In this document: in pieces, positions 49,760-63,260 of the stretch
Layout: every line of letters begins with the position of its first letter
How positions within the stretch are numbered: the first letter of the stretch is position 1
Source: the human T2T-CHM13v2.0 reference genome, Homo sapiens
Strand: one strand, 5' to 3'
DNA length: 64,000 bases
Assembly: GCF_009914755.1 (NCBI RefSeq)
Contig: NC_060941.1
Program-made: the position numbers and the translations under genes
The notes under the pieces: model-generated
The model's database searches: none
The model's input: the letters and a program-made list of their open reading frames with translations, nothing else
What the model was told of the DNA's origin: nothing

Positions 49760-50300
49760 AGATAGGAATCTTTCAGTTGCCAATTACAGAAAACTCAACT
49801 TAAACTGGTTTACCCAATAAAGGGGTTTTATTAGCTCATGTTTTCAGCAAATATCTATCAAGAGCCTACTATGTGTTGTGCAATTGAAAAGTTTGAAGAT
49901 GGTACTAGATTTAGGCAAAGCCTGATCCAGTAGCCTAAACAGTTTTAGCAAAGACTTGAGTGGTGTCTTTGCCTCTGCTCTGGCTTCCATGTATCCATCC
50001 TTAAGCTCCACATGCTAGTCCTTCAGCTCTCACTTACCCCACCCAGCACCATCCCCTCCGTACGTTGCTCTGTCATGTGGAAGAGAGAGTCTCTCTCAGA
50101 ACCCCTGGGATTCACTCTCTGTGGCCATCCATGTGCCTGATCCCAACCAATCAGGGTGGCTGAGAATGGGATTTGGTGAGCTGCCTAGACCAGTGAAACC
50201 TACCCCAGGAGGTGGGAATGGAGCCAAATGCACCCCAGCTACTTCCAGGCGAAGTGGATTCCCCAGAAGAGAATAAGAGTGAATGGATGCAGAGAAGCAA
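49760..50300 (-). mobile_element. MLT1J/K-like MaLR LTR
   Basis: ctttcagttgccaattacagaaaactcaacttaaactggttta…ttattagctcatg. Confidence 0.65.
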
Positions 50301-50359
50301 GGGACAAATAGTCGTCACCGCATTGTGTCATTGTTCCGGCTACATGGAAAGCTCTCCAT

Positions 50360-50630
50360 AATGATTGAGAGCACAGGCTGATGCCAGGCTGACTGAGTTA
50401 GAATCCTGGCTTCACACTTATCAGCTGTGTGACTTTGGGCATGTCACTTAACCTCTCTGTGTCTCAGTTTTCTCATCTGTAAAGTGAGGATAATAGCACC
50501 TGCCTCATAGGATTGAGGATTGTGATGAGGATTAAATGAGTTAGTATTTGTAAAGCAATTGGAATAGTGAATGATACGTAGCAAGCACTTAAAAGTGCAC
50601 TGTGAACACAGTAGGGGGCCCAATAAATGC
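50360..50630 (+). mobile_element. MIR SINE
   Basis: gctgtgtgactttgggcatgtcacttaacctctctgtgtctcagttttctcatctgtaaa. Confidence 0.9.
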
Positions 50631-53600
50631 TTGCAGAGTGGGTGAAGGTACAAAGCTGGGAGCAAGTCCCACTACTGTCCAGACTTTCACCCCCAGCCAC
50701 TCCATCTCTCAGGGCAGATCCTCCTGCCTTGGGGTCTGCTGTTTTGGAGATATTTTCCCAGAAAGCTGGCAGCTGGGCAGCGATGAGTGCCCCCCACCTA
50801 TGATTAAGATGGCATAACCCTAGATGGCATCATTAGAGCACCATTTTTCCCTACAAACTGATGAGAAATCCATAGGGGTGAATTCTGGGGGCCCATCAAG
50901 GCACTCCTGGAATAAATGATCTACATGTGCCATGATCATCTGTATGACGATTTCAGGCTGGTTTATCCCCAGCCTGTGACTTTTCACGCTTCCTAAACTG
51001 TATAAAAATGAACTGCAATCAGGCTGATCTATAGATAGACAGTTCCTGTTTCTGAGCATGCTGAATGAGGGTGGGTGTGTTGATACATTTGCATAAAGCT
51101 GATGGATGTAGAAGGCTATGGTTTTTTGGTTTTGTTTTTGTTTTTTTTGAGGGGTTGGGGTGTCCTTTTGGAAGTGGAGCCAGAGAAGAGGTAAAATTAA
51201 GGAAAGTAAAAATAGGGCAGACTCATAGCTTTTTCATATGAAAATGAAGGAGGCAGTAGCTACAAGATAGTTTACTGATGCTCTGTCTGCAAGGAAAAAA
51301 TGGGCTGGTTTGAAAAGCAAAACAAAACTGACCAACAGGTGACTGGGAGGGATGGGGAAAGGGGTGTGATCTGTCTTTCCTGTCTGCCTCCTCTCTGCTT
51401 TTTTCATGTATACACGTAAGGGAAAGATGTAATAGTCTCTGTTTTCTATGTACAGGGATATTTAGATATGCAAATGAGCACAGCCTGTTAATGAGCTGAG
51501 GGTGATTACACTGCAGGGAGCTGCCAGCCCCTGCTGAACAATAGGTGAAGAGACACCAGGTGTCTGTGAAGGGGGAAGGGGACCTCCCCACCCCTGCCTC
51601 TGTGCCTCTGACCTGTCTGCAGAATGAAACTGTTAGGCCAAGTTCTTATGCTCCTTCTAGCTCCCAGATCCTGAATCTAATGAGTTAAGGTGAGCAGCGG
51701 GAGACCAGGTAAGCCCTGGGGCTCATCAGGGAACTGATGAGCAGGTAAGCTCCGGAGGCTCCCGAACCTTACCTGGGCCGGGAAGGGTGATGGGCAGCCA
51801 GTGAAGCATGAAGCTGCCTCAGATGGGCAGGACCACTTGGCAAGTGCTATGGAATTGGGGTGGGAGAAGCAGGACCCTATGGAGTGAGCAGGTCATGCTG
51901 CGTCTCTTTGGGCAGCATTTGGTCACAAGATGGTGACTGGGCACCTGTGTGCTTATCAGAAGTCACGGCAAAGTTTTGCAATGAGAAACAGGAAATGAAG
52001 GAGTCCGCTTTTAATTTCTAGGGAGAGATGCTCAGTATTAGTAAAAAGGACGTGGACTTTGGAGTTGTACACATCTGAGTTTGTTGGGCTAGACACATTG
52101 GACATGTTATACCCATGAACCCTGGCTGACAAGGTGCCAGCCACACAGCCAATCTCCCCTACTGATAAGATAAAGGACTTGGCCTATCACATATGACTCT
52201 CCTGACAACCACTTGATGGTTACCTAGCGAAGGAGGTAATTAACAAAGAATCTTACAAGAAACTCGTGTTGCTCGGGCAAATGCCCGGCCTGGACATCCC
52301 AGGTCCAGAGGAGTGGAAAGAACCCAGCCAGTTCCAACAGGATCTGCAACGTACTTTCTGACCTGTTGTTCTGACGGCAACAGAGCAGGACACTGTCATC
52401 GCCTGCCAGCCTCCAAGTCTCTGTGACACTGTCTCAAAACAGTCTAAAGCTTTAAGTCCCCTCAAACCTCCCACATCTGCCATGTGGCTGGATCACTCCA
52501 AAATCAGGACATGTCCCTAACCTTCTATTAAGGGCATTCGACTTTATACCATGTCACTGAGCATCACTCAATCCTGCCTATAAATATGGATGCTATGCTA
52601 ACAAGACTTATTGCTGATTTAATGGCAGTGAGTACAGGCTGGTGTGCTGCACACATACACAGAGAATGGTATTGAAAAATGGGAATGATAATTAGAGTTT
52701 AATAAATGGTAATTTGCTCCTTGCTGCTGTGTGTGACAGGGGTTGGGGAGGGATGAAATAGAGGGGCCCTTCCAGAAAGTGAAATGTGGATAGAACGTAT
52801 GCCATGACAGCTTTATTTTAATTTTCACATTGCCCAGGATTGAAGTTAATGCTCATTTACCTACAGATCCTTTTCCCTGGAAATCACCTCTTGTGGAACA
52901 TGAGTGGAGAAGACAATTAGACAAGAAATATTTATCACTGGGACCAAATTTTAACTAGAGTCATAGAATGAAGAGGTCAGGGCTCCAGAGACAAAGTGAA
53001 GCAGAGAATTAAAATAATTATCTGGATCATTCAGGGGAAATAAAATCATTGTTTTTGCTTGAGTGAGTGTCTGAATGATCTAAATAATTGTCCCCACCCT
53101 TTGTTTTGGTCTGGTAGTGAAGACCTGGCCAATCGATCCAGTAGCAAAGGATGGAAGTTGGAAGTTTGTGGCGAGAAAGGACAGGAAGGCTGAGTAAGCC
53201 TGAATCCCCCTGGTCCTGCAGGCCTGAGCATTGGGCAGAGGCTGGCCCAGTCCAGAGCTTGGGCTGGAGAGGGAAGGATGGTATTCCTGGAAGCTAGAGA
53301 CCAGAAAGTAAGCAACGCTGAAAGTCGCATGGGAAACCAAGGTCGACAAACCCAGAATACAGCCAGAAGGAGCCAGGTTTAGTGAGTGAATCCAGGAAGC
53401 TAAAAGATTAAGCAGAACAGAATCATGAGGGGTGTGTGTGTGTGTGTTTGTGTGTGTAGTTAGGAAAGGTTAAACAATTGACTATACCAGAGGTTTGCAG
53501 CTTCTTGGACTCCACTGGCCAATCAAGAGAAGTGGAATTTTTCTGGGGCAGTGGCGGTATGCTAGTGTGCAAATGGAAGGTATGGTGTTATTCAGCGGGC

Positions 53601-53816
53601 CCTGCAAGTCTCCCCTTCCCAGAAACAACTACTTTATTTCTAGATATAGAATAATAATAATAGTAAAAAGACAGCTACTTTATGTAAATGCATGAATGAT
53701 CCATTGCTTGAGATTTATTCGTGGCCTACTTGTGTGTTCATTTTTCAAACACAAATTTTCCTTGGAGGACAAATCAGTAGTTTCCAAGCTTACTATAGAA
53801 ATTAACAATAACTAAT

Positions 53817-54338
53817 TGTGGTAGATTTTAAATTCCACAGTTATTCAATATTGTTCCTTTTAAGAGACAGAACTTAATTCCCATCTCCTTGAGCATGGCT
53901 TGGACTGGGTGACTCATGACCGATAAAATATAGCAGAAGTTATGGTGTGTGATTTCCAAGTCTGGGTTATAAAGTGTTTTGTAGATTCCTCCTAGTTCCC
54001 TCTTTTGGATTGTTTGCTAAGGTAGAAGCCACCTGCCACATCACTAGGACACACAAGCAGCCAATGCAGATGTCCATGGAGTAAGGAACTGAGGCCTCCT
54101 GCCAATAGCTGCGTGAGTGTGCCACCTTGGAAGCAGACTGTCCAGCCCCAGTCAAACCTTCAAATGACTGCGGCCCCAGCTGACATTTCACTGCATCTTC
54201 GTGAAAGGCCATCAACCAGAACCACCCATCTAAGCCATTCCTAATTTCTAGTCCTCGGAAACTGAGTTATCTAATAAATGTTTGTTATTTTAAGCTGCTA
54301 AATTTTGGGATGGTTTGTTACTCATCAATAAATATTAC
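53817..54338 (+). mobile_element. MLT1F-like MaLR solo LTR
   Basis: aaggaactgaggcctcctgccaa…ccagccccagtcaaaccttcaaatgactgcggcccc…aataaatgtttgttattttaagctgctaaattttggg. Confidence 0.85.
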
Positions 54339-54496
54339 AATAATCATAGCTAAGATTTACTGAACATGTACATGTGGCAGGCTTCACATATATTAACATA
54401 TTTAAATGGCTTAACAATCATATGAGATAGTTACTATTACCAGCTCCATTTTGTAGTTGAGGAAACTGAAGTATACAAAGTTATACATAGTGAATA

Positions 54497-54893
54497 CTGT
54501 TAGTTCCCTTTCCTGGCTGTAAATGTTGGCTGCTAAAGACTCACAGCTTCCCCTCTTTCCAGAGAATTGCCCCTGGCTGGATAGGAGTGGTCTCACCTAG
54601 GAAGTTATACACTGCCTTCCCCTCCCACTATGGCAGCCCTCAGCCACTGACTAGTTGATGCAGGGCAGGACCACCACAAAGTGGGACCAACTGTATGGTG
54701 CAATTCTCCCTCCAAATTTTTTTGCGGTGGAGTCAAGCAAAAGCTAGACTCTAGCTGGGATTACATTCTTGCTTAGATCCATTTGCTACCTCTATCCTGC
54801 TTTCCTTGCCCCTTTTCTCCCAAAAGCACTCCCTCAATAAATCAAGTGCGTTGGAATCTTGTCTCAGGCTCTTTTTAAGGAACTCAACCTAAG
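54497..54893 (+). mobile_element. LTR16A/B-like ERVL LTR inside a MIR
   Basis: ggcagccctcagccactgact…cactccctcaataaatca…tctcaggctct…aacctaag. Confidence 0.7.
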
Positions 54894-54921
54894 TTAGGCA
54901 TAGTGATTTACCCAAAGTCAT

Positions 54922-55281
54922 TGCTATGGTTTAAATATTTGTCCCCTCCCAAACTCATGTTGCCATTTAATTGCCATTGTGATGGCATTAAGAGGTGAGA
55001 CCACTAAGAGGTGATTAGGCCATGAGCACTCCGCTCTCAAGAATGGATTAATGCCATTATCAAAGGAGTGGGTTCTTATAAAAGGTCCAGTTTTCCCCTT
55101 TTTTCTCTCTCTTATCCTCTTGCCTTCCTCCATGGGATGATACAGCAAGAGGATCCTCACAAGATGCTGGCACCTTGATCTTGGACTTCCCAGCCTCTAG
55201 AACTGTGAGAAATAAATTTCCATTCTTTATAAATTAGTCCATCCCAAATATTCTGTTGTAGCACCAAAATGGACTAAGACA
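54922..55281 (+). mobile_element. MSTB/C-like MaLR solo LTR
   Basis: tgctatggtttaaatatttgtccc … aatggactaagaca. Confidence 0.9.
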
Positions 55282-55369
55282 GCCAAACAGCCTGGGTTTG
55301 CACGCGACAGTCTGACTTCAGAGTTCTTGCCCTTAAAAATATCTCTGGAAGAGTAACAAATACCAGTAG

Positions 55370-55627
55370 AGAGCAGTAGCACAATCATAGTTCACTGCAA
55401 CCTTGAACTCCTGGGCTCAAGCCATCCTCCTGCCCCAGCCTCCCAAGTAGCTGGGACTACAGGCATGCATCACCACACCTGGCTAATTTGTAATTTTTTT
55501 GTGTGGAGATGGGGTCTTGTTACATTGTCCAGGCTGGTCTCGAACTACTGGGAGTTCCTCAAGGATCCTCCCACCACCTTGGCCTCCCAAAGTGCTGGGA
55601 TTACAGGCATGAGCCATGGTGCCTGGC
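55370..55627 (-). mobile_element. AluJ, 3' end missing
   Basis: Antisense Alu. Confidence 0.88.
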
Positions 55628-55879
55628 CACTACTAAATTTTCAGCTCCTATTTTGGCATGAGACAAGTGGTGGGTGGTTCAGTTCGGCTTTTTGTAACTG
55701 CTAGTTCTGTCCCCCACCCCGCCCCGCCAACACACACCATGGATAGTACCACGTGAAAGCCAGTCCTCCTGCCCCTCATATTCATCCCTTACCTCCCACC
55801 CTAATTAATCTGGTCCAGATCCTCATTCTTGCCATGAATTTTAGCCTCCTCTCTTAGATAGGATTTACATGTTCTTGCC

Positions 55880-56331
55880 TATAGTGGGTGAAATTGAGTC
55901 CTAACCCCTGGTACCTGTGAATGTGATCTTATCTGGAAGTAGAATCTTTGCAGATGTGATTAAGGTAAGGATCTGAAGATGAGATTATCCGGGATTTAGG
56001 GTGCGTCTAAATGCAATGACTAGTGTCCTTATAAAAGAAAGGAGAAATTGGAGACAAAGAGACACAGGGGGAAAACCACATGAAGACAGGGTGTAGAGAT
56101 CAGAGGGATACATCTGCAAGCCACAGCATGCCAGGATTGGATTGCAGAGCCACAGAAGCGAGGAGATACACAGGGAACAGATTCTCCCTCGGAGCCTCCA
56201 GAAAGAACCAGCCCTGCTGACACCTTGATTCCAAACTTCTGGCCTTCAGAGCTATGAGACAACACGTTTCCATTATGTCAAGCCTTCCAGTATGTGGTCA
56301 TTTGTTATGGCGGCCACAGGAAACAAATACA
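55880..56331 (+). mobile_element. MLT1C-like MaLR solo LTR
   Basis: gtcctaacccctggtacctgtgaatgtga…ctttgcagatgtgatta…ggaaacaaataca. Confidence 0.88.
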
Positions 56332-56415
56332 CTTCCCTTCAGAGGCCCCTGTTCATCTCAGCCCTAAACCCAGCAGCAGTCTCTGGAGTGAGGTTGGGGA
56401 ATTACAAAAGCCGTA

Positions 56416-56486
56416 ACAGGCATGCATCACCACACCTGGCTAATTGTTAATTTTGTGTGTGTGGAGATGGGGTCTTGTTACATTGT
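56416..56486 (-). repeat. 71-bp Alu mid-fragment duplicated from 55459-55528
   Basis: Near-identical to the neighbouring AluJ; flanked by ttacaaa(a)gcc repeats. Confidence 0.85.
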
Positions 56487-56621
56487 TTACAAAGCCACAG
56501 CCTTGTGGTTGTTATAGTTCCCATTTTGCTTTGTTTTGTTTTGTTTTGTTTCATTTTGTTTTTTACAATCGAGGAAATGGGCCCAGGAAGTTCAAGTGAT
56601 TTTTTCCAAAGTCCCTTACAC

Positions 56622-56962
56622 CAGCAGTCCCCAACCTGTTTGACACCAGGGACCAGTTTTGTGGAAGACAATTTTTTCATGGACAAGGGGCAGGGGGGAA
56701 ATGGTTTTGGGCTGAAACTGTTCCACTTCAGATCATCAGACATTAGTTAGATTCTCATAAGGAGCACGCAAACTAGATCCCTCCCATGTGCAGTTCACAG
56801 TAGGGTTTCCGCTCCTACGAGACTCTAATGACGCCGCTGCTCTGACAGGAGGCAGAGCTCAGGTGGTCATGCTCGCCTGCCCTCCACTCAGCTCCTGCTC
56901 TGCAGCCTGGTTCCTAACAAGCCATGGACTGGTACTGGTCCCTCAGGGGTTGGGGACCCCTG
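56622..56962. mobile_element. MER1B hAT MITE
   Basis: TIRs cagcagtccccaacc … ggttggggacccctg; degenerate 8-bp TSD ccttacac/ccctatat. Confidence 0.92.
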
Positions 56963-58869
56963 CCCTATATAGATGGTGTATAAAGCCCAGATTGTGGGTC
57001 TCTAGACTCCAAATCCTGAAGTTTTTAGTCCTCAAGAGGAGACTGGCAATGATACAAGGACACTACTAAAGTCTTTCTGTTCACTGTCTATAACTCTTCA
57101 TTTTAAAATCTAGGTATTTGGGGATATGGAGTGTAGGGGGAACAGGAAGGTGGGACCTAGCTTCTTATCCTTCTGCCTTTGACAGCATATAATGTCTCCC
57201 ATAAAGTGCAGCAGCAAAGTCTAACTTAAGCATTTAAGTGACCCCTTCAGTTCCTTAATGATGCTATAAATGCAATCCTGGTGTGATTTATAAAGCTATT
57301 AAAATAAATGCTTCCACTGAAATAAACATTGCTACCTCTCAGCATATGTTTACTTGCATAACCTAAGCACAAACTTACCCGAATATGCAAAACCTGAACC
57401 AAAGATGATAAACGGAGGGCCTGGGTGCCGTACACAAATGAACTGGATGTGTGTGGGTCTTGACAGCATCTTCTAGGGACAGCTGGTCTTTCAGACTTTT
57501 TTTTTCTTAGTCATGGTCTTTCAGTCTTGAAGCCTTGCCTTGTTTCTCAGTTTGGAGAAATGCCTCCCTCCATGGTCTGACGCCTAGCTGATGCCTCTCT
57601 ATCCATGAATTTCGCATTATGCACAGAAAAGCACTTTTTAAAATGCTCTCCTCAACCTTTGTGCATGGTTCAGCTCCCATGGAGAGCCCCACTTGAGTCT
57701 TTACCATTTTTCATGTCACAGAAATGTTTGTAGGCCCTGGGCCATGGGAGGTTTTGGAGCAAGAGGGGCATGATGAAATTTGCTAATCACATCTTGGAAC
57801 CATGAGATTTTAGGTCTATATTCAAAGAGGCATGAACCCAGGGCCTGAATTTAATTCATCTTCAACCTCACAGCTCTTTGGACTGTGCTGCATTGGTCAT
57901 TATGTAAGAAGGAACATTTGAGAAGAAATCGAGTAGGTTTGAGATGATGCCCAGGAGTCATAGGACACAATGGAAAAGCAACAGGGAACAGTTTACACCA
58001 GTCTGTCTGGTTCACTATGATATCCTCAGTGCCTACCATGGGTGCCTGGCACATACAGCTTGCTGTAAATAAGTGTAGAAGGAAGTGAGACAGAGAGGGA
58101 GGCCCTAGGGAATTCAGTCCAAGTCCTGGTTCCACTACATACTAGCTGTGTGATGATGGGAAAATTTATTAATTTCTCTGAATCTCCACTTCCTCATTTT
58201 GAACTGAGGACAATAATATCTTTCTATTGTAAGTCTTACACAATACAACTCATAAAAATGTCTAGAACGGTGCTGCACAGAATAGGTGCTCTATTCCATA
58301 AATGTTCATTGAATGAATGAATGAAAGTCTGGCTGTTTCCCTGCGGATGAATGGCCCTTGAGCTTGGAGACATTGAGTATGGTGCACAGGGACAAGCTGA
58401 TCACTTCCCAAGGCATGTCAGTGGAGCGCTGCCTGTCTCCTTATTTATGTGCCAGGTTTTCATCATTTGCCATCCACACTTAGGGGATTAATTCCCTGGC
58501 AAGTGCAGCCAGTAATACACAGCCAGCCATACGACACAGATAACAGCAGCTACGGTTGTAATTCCCATCCCATTGACAGCCCTTCAACCAACAGAGGAAG
58601 GATGGAGCAGCTGAAAGCTTCCATTCAAAGTCAGTAACAATAAGTTACAAGTGACTACGTATGTGGAGGGCAAGTGAGAGGGGGCAGGAGGAGGGTGAGC
58701 AGCCAGCCCCTTCTCTTTGTGCTAGTGTAGCAAGCAGGATCCAGCCAGGAAGTGTGCCCAAGTGCCTGCTTAGATGTTAGGGAAATGATTAAAGTTTTCC
58801 AATTTTGGAAACAGAAGTTTAATAGTTTATTTTTTTCCTCTTTTTACCCAACACCTTTGGAACCTTTAA

Positions 58870-59505
58870 GATTGTATTAATTGGAATATAAAATGTTTCA
58901 GGTGCAGTGGAAAACAGCATGGTGATTCCTCAGAAATTAAACATAGAATTACTATATGATCCAGCAATTACACTGCTAGGTATACACTCAAAAGAACTGA
59001 AAACTAATACCCAACCCAGTACCTCTCCAGGAATGTTTATTACAGCAGCATCCACAATAGCCAAAAGGTGGAAACAGTCCAAATGTCCATCAACAGACGA
59101 GTGGCTTAACAAATTGTGGCATATATAGCAGAATATTATTCAGCCATAAAAAGGAATGAAGTACTGATACATGCTAGATCGTGGATAAACCTCAAAAACT
59201 TTATGCTAAGTGAAAGCAGCCAGACACAAAAGATTATGTACTATATGATTTCATTTATATGAAATATCCAGAATAGACAAATTCACAGAAATAGAATGGA
59301 GATTGGTTGTTTGCTGGAGCTGGGGAGAGAGAGTAATGGGGAGAAACTGCTTGATAAGGGGTTTGCATTGGAATCATGGAAATGCTTTAGAATTGGATAG
59401 AGGTTGCACGATACTGTGAAGGTACTAAATGTCATTAAATTAATTAAATTGTTCACTTTAAAATGGTTAATTTTATGTTATGTGAATTCCACCTTAATTT
59501 TAAAA
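58870..59505 (+). mobile_element. L1MB-type 3' end
   Basis: Decayed ORF2 end (LNIELLYDPAITLLGIH…WKQSKCPSTDEW) plus 3' UTR. Confidence 0.9.
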
Positions 59506-59587
59506 ATTGTATGAATGTAATTATGTGAATAAACACACATAATAAAGAAAATTACAACCCCACATATGAGTATAAATGAAAACTAGA

Positions 59588-59886
59588 GGCTGGGCGCGGT
59601 GGGCTTGTAATCCCAGTACTTTGGGATGCCGAGGCGGGTGGATCACAAGGTCAGGAGATCGAGACCATCCTAACACGGTGAAACCCCGTCTCTACTAAAA
59701 ATACAAAAAATTAGCCGGGAGTCGTGGCGGGCGCCTGTAGTCCCAGCTACTCAGGAGGCTGAGGCAGGAGAATGGGAGAATGGCGTGAACCCGGGAGGCG
59801 GAGCTTGCAGTGAGCTGAGATCGCGCCACTGCACTCCAGCCTGGGCAACAGAGTGAGACTCCGTCTCAAAAAAAAAAAAAAAGAAA
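59588..59886 (+). mobile_element. AluY SINE with small indels
   Basis: Y diagnostics; TSD gaaaactag. Confidence 0.95.
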
Positions 59887-60049
59887 ACTAGGTTTCCTTT
59901 CCTACCTGACCCTCCATTCTCCTCATAGACAATTACTAGAGTTTTTTGTGTACCCTTTTAGAGGTATTTTTAAGTCTATATATATACATACATATATAGA
60001 GATATGTAAAATCATGGCATGCTGTACACACTATTCTGCTGTGGAGAAT

Positions 60050-60520
60050 GCTTTGCTTTTGTTTTTGAGACAGGGTCTTGCTCTGTCACCCAGGCTGGAG
60101 TGCAGTGGGGTGATCATTGGCTCACTACAGCCTTGACCTCCTGAGCTCAAGCAGTCCTTCCACTTTGGCCTCCTAAAGTGCTGGGATTACAGGCATGAGA
60201 CACCACACCCAGCTAATAATGTTTTTGTTTTTGTTTTTTGAGATAGAGTCTCACTCGTCTCCCAGGCTGGAGTGCAGTGGCGCAATCTAGGCCCACTGCA
60301 ACCTCCACCTCCTGGGTTCAACCGATTCTCCTGCCTCAGTCTCCCATGTAGCTGAGATTACAGGTGTACACCACCACGCTCAGCTAATTTTTGTATTTTT
60401 AGTAGAGATGAGGTTTCACCATGTTGGCCAGACTGGTCTCGAATTCCTGACCTCAAGTGATCCACCCACCTTGGCCTCCCAAAGTGCTGGAATTACAGGC
60501 GTGAGCCACCATGCCCGGAC
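60050..60520 (-). mobile_element. Alu monomer (60050-60213) + AluS (60220-60520)
   Basis: Antisense Alus. Confidence 0.9.
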
Positions 60521-61111
60521 AAGAATGTTTTAAAAATACCATTTAATGGGTCTCAACTCAGATCTACTCAATCCGAATTTTCAAGGTTGGGCCCAGGGAT
60601 CTGTTTTTACAAAGCAGGTGGTTGGTGGGGAGGGAGCTAGTCTAGTCCAGCCTGTGGCTTTCCTGCCGTTCCTGAGTACCAGGCATCCTGCCTTCAGCTT
60701 GGTTGGCTTCCTGGGGTCTTCTCAGAACTGGGGACTCATAGGCTGTCTGGCCCTCAGTTACCCTTCTCCAATACTCTTCTGCCTTCACCACCCACCTCAG
60801 ACCACCTCCTCCCCCTCCAGATAACCATGCCAGCCCCAGGGACCCTCACCACCACGACCTGCCAGGCCTGCACTTCTGCAAAGCCAAGGCTAGCCCCACC
60901 TGCTGGCTTCTCTGAGGGCACTCCCAAGGGTCAGCATCTTGAGCCTAGCTCTCTGGAGCCTGATGAAATTCTCATCTTCTCTCCGTTGCTACTCAATAGC
61001 TGAGAGACCAACTCAGAAAAGAATGATTGCCAGATTAGAATGTCAATGCGTTTTAAAATATCTAACCAGTTGTTGAGCCCCTACTGTATACCAGGTACTG
61101 GAATAGGCCTT

Positions 61112-61300
<189 letters not shown>

Positions 61301-61595
61301 TAGCTCCCTCAGGTCAGTCTTTTTAAACCCCATCTTACCAGTGAGGAAGGAAATGGAAGCTTAGAGAGGTTGAGGAACTTGCGGGCTAATGCATGGAAAA
61401 GCCAATCTGACTCTAAAATCCAACTCTTTCCTCTACCCCACATTGTCACACAGTCCAAGCCTCATCACTCGTGAAGGGAAGTAAGTGTTATCAGTGAGAG
61501 GAACCTGTGCATCTGTAGGTGGGACACCTCTTTCTGCTAGCAAGATCCCCGGGAACTAAATTATCATCTGAAGGTGAGTGCAGAATAAGAGCCTA

Positions 61596-62058
<463 letters not shown>

Positions 62059-62899
62059 AGAATTCTATTCTCTAATGGCCTGAATATGGGCATCTACCCT
62101 CCCCTCCCCCTTACATAAGGCTGGGTAAACCCTGGCAGGTTTTCTGTTTTGCCTCCTTCCATTAGGGTACCAACCAGCATCATCAGTGGGGAAATAGTCT
62201 TTGGAATCCATGAACCTAGGTTCAAATCCCAGCTCTTCCCTTCATTAGCTGTGTGACTTCGGACTCCAGACTTCAGACTTCAGACATAGCTCCCCAGATG
62301 TATATGAAACTCACTGCCCAGAGTTCAGTCACTGCTGGTTCCTCTCTTCCTCCTGGCAACGCAGCGTTTTCCCAGGCACGAAACCCACTTTTCTTTTGCC
62401 ACATTCCAGTCCTGAGGGTTATCTCTGGTCATGTTTATGGGACTTGGGTAATCTTAATCCTCTCCCTCCTAGCCCTCTCTCCCCTTTGCCCTCAATCCAA
62501 ATAGACATATGATCAGGTCCTGGCCCCAGGCATAGGATAGATATAAAAGGGACCTTGTATCTGAGACTGGGAGCCCGGAGCTCCTTGGGGAGGATTTCTA
62601 CTTCCCACGGCTCACTAATCGGGCTCTGGGAGTCACATGAGGACTCGTGACCCCTGGGCCCAGATGGTCTTTCATCTCACTGCAGACGGGACAAGCTCCT
62701 TGGGACAAAGCAGCTTCACACTGCCTGACTCCAGGCAGCCCCACAGCAGGCTCACCTCACTCTGCCTGAAAGCCATCTTCCTGAAAATTTGGGTGATTTG
62801 TGAATTCATAAATTCAATCCTTCTTTATTCCTAATGATTATTGTCCTTTCAAGGGACATTTGTCCTTGGCTTATATCCTCCAGATTGTATCTCCTTAAG

Positions 62900-63260
62900 T
62901 TGCAGGGCTCGCTAATGTCTATTGAGTGTTTGTACTATGCTGAGTGGGATTACATGTGAGTTATTTCATTTCATCCTCATAACAATCTTGGGATGTGAGC
63001 ACCGTTTCTATCCTCACTCTAAAGACCATAACCATAGCCAGCATTTATACAGCACTATGTCACGGACATCATTCTCTGTGCTTTATGTTTATCAACTCAC
63101 CCTATCATCACTGCAGTCCTACGGTGTAGATGCCAGTCATCCCCCATTCACTGAGACTGACAGGTTGAGCAAGTGGCACAGGTCACACAACCAGCAAATC
63201 AGAGGCTGGAATTCAAGTCTGGGCAGGATGGCTCCCAAGGCTCCTGACCATTCTGATACA
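62900..63260 (-). mobile_element. MIR SINE fragments
   Basis: tcatttcatcctcataacaat…aggttgagcaagtggcacaggtcacacaacc…gaattcaagtctgggcag. Confidence 0.7.

Noticed and set aside
51734-51767. CTGATGAG…CGAA resembling a hammerhead ribozyme core
   Set aside because: GAAA is CGAAC, stem II does not pair beyond one base, and CTGATGAG is locked in the adjacent hairpin
62536-62552. TATA-like TATAAAAG
   Set aside because: No other promoter evidence; expected by chance in 64 kb
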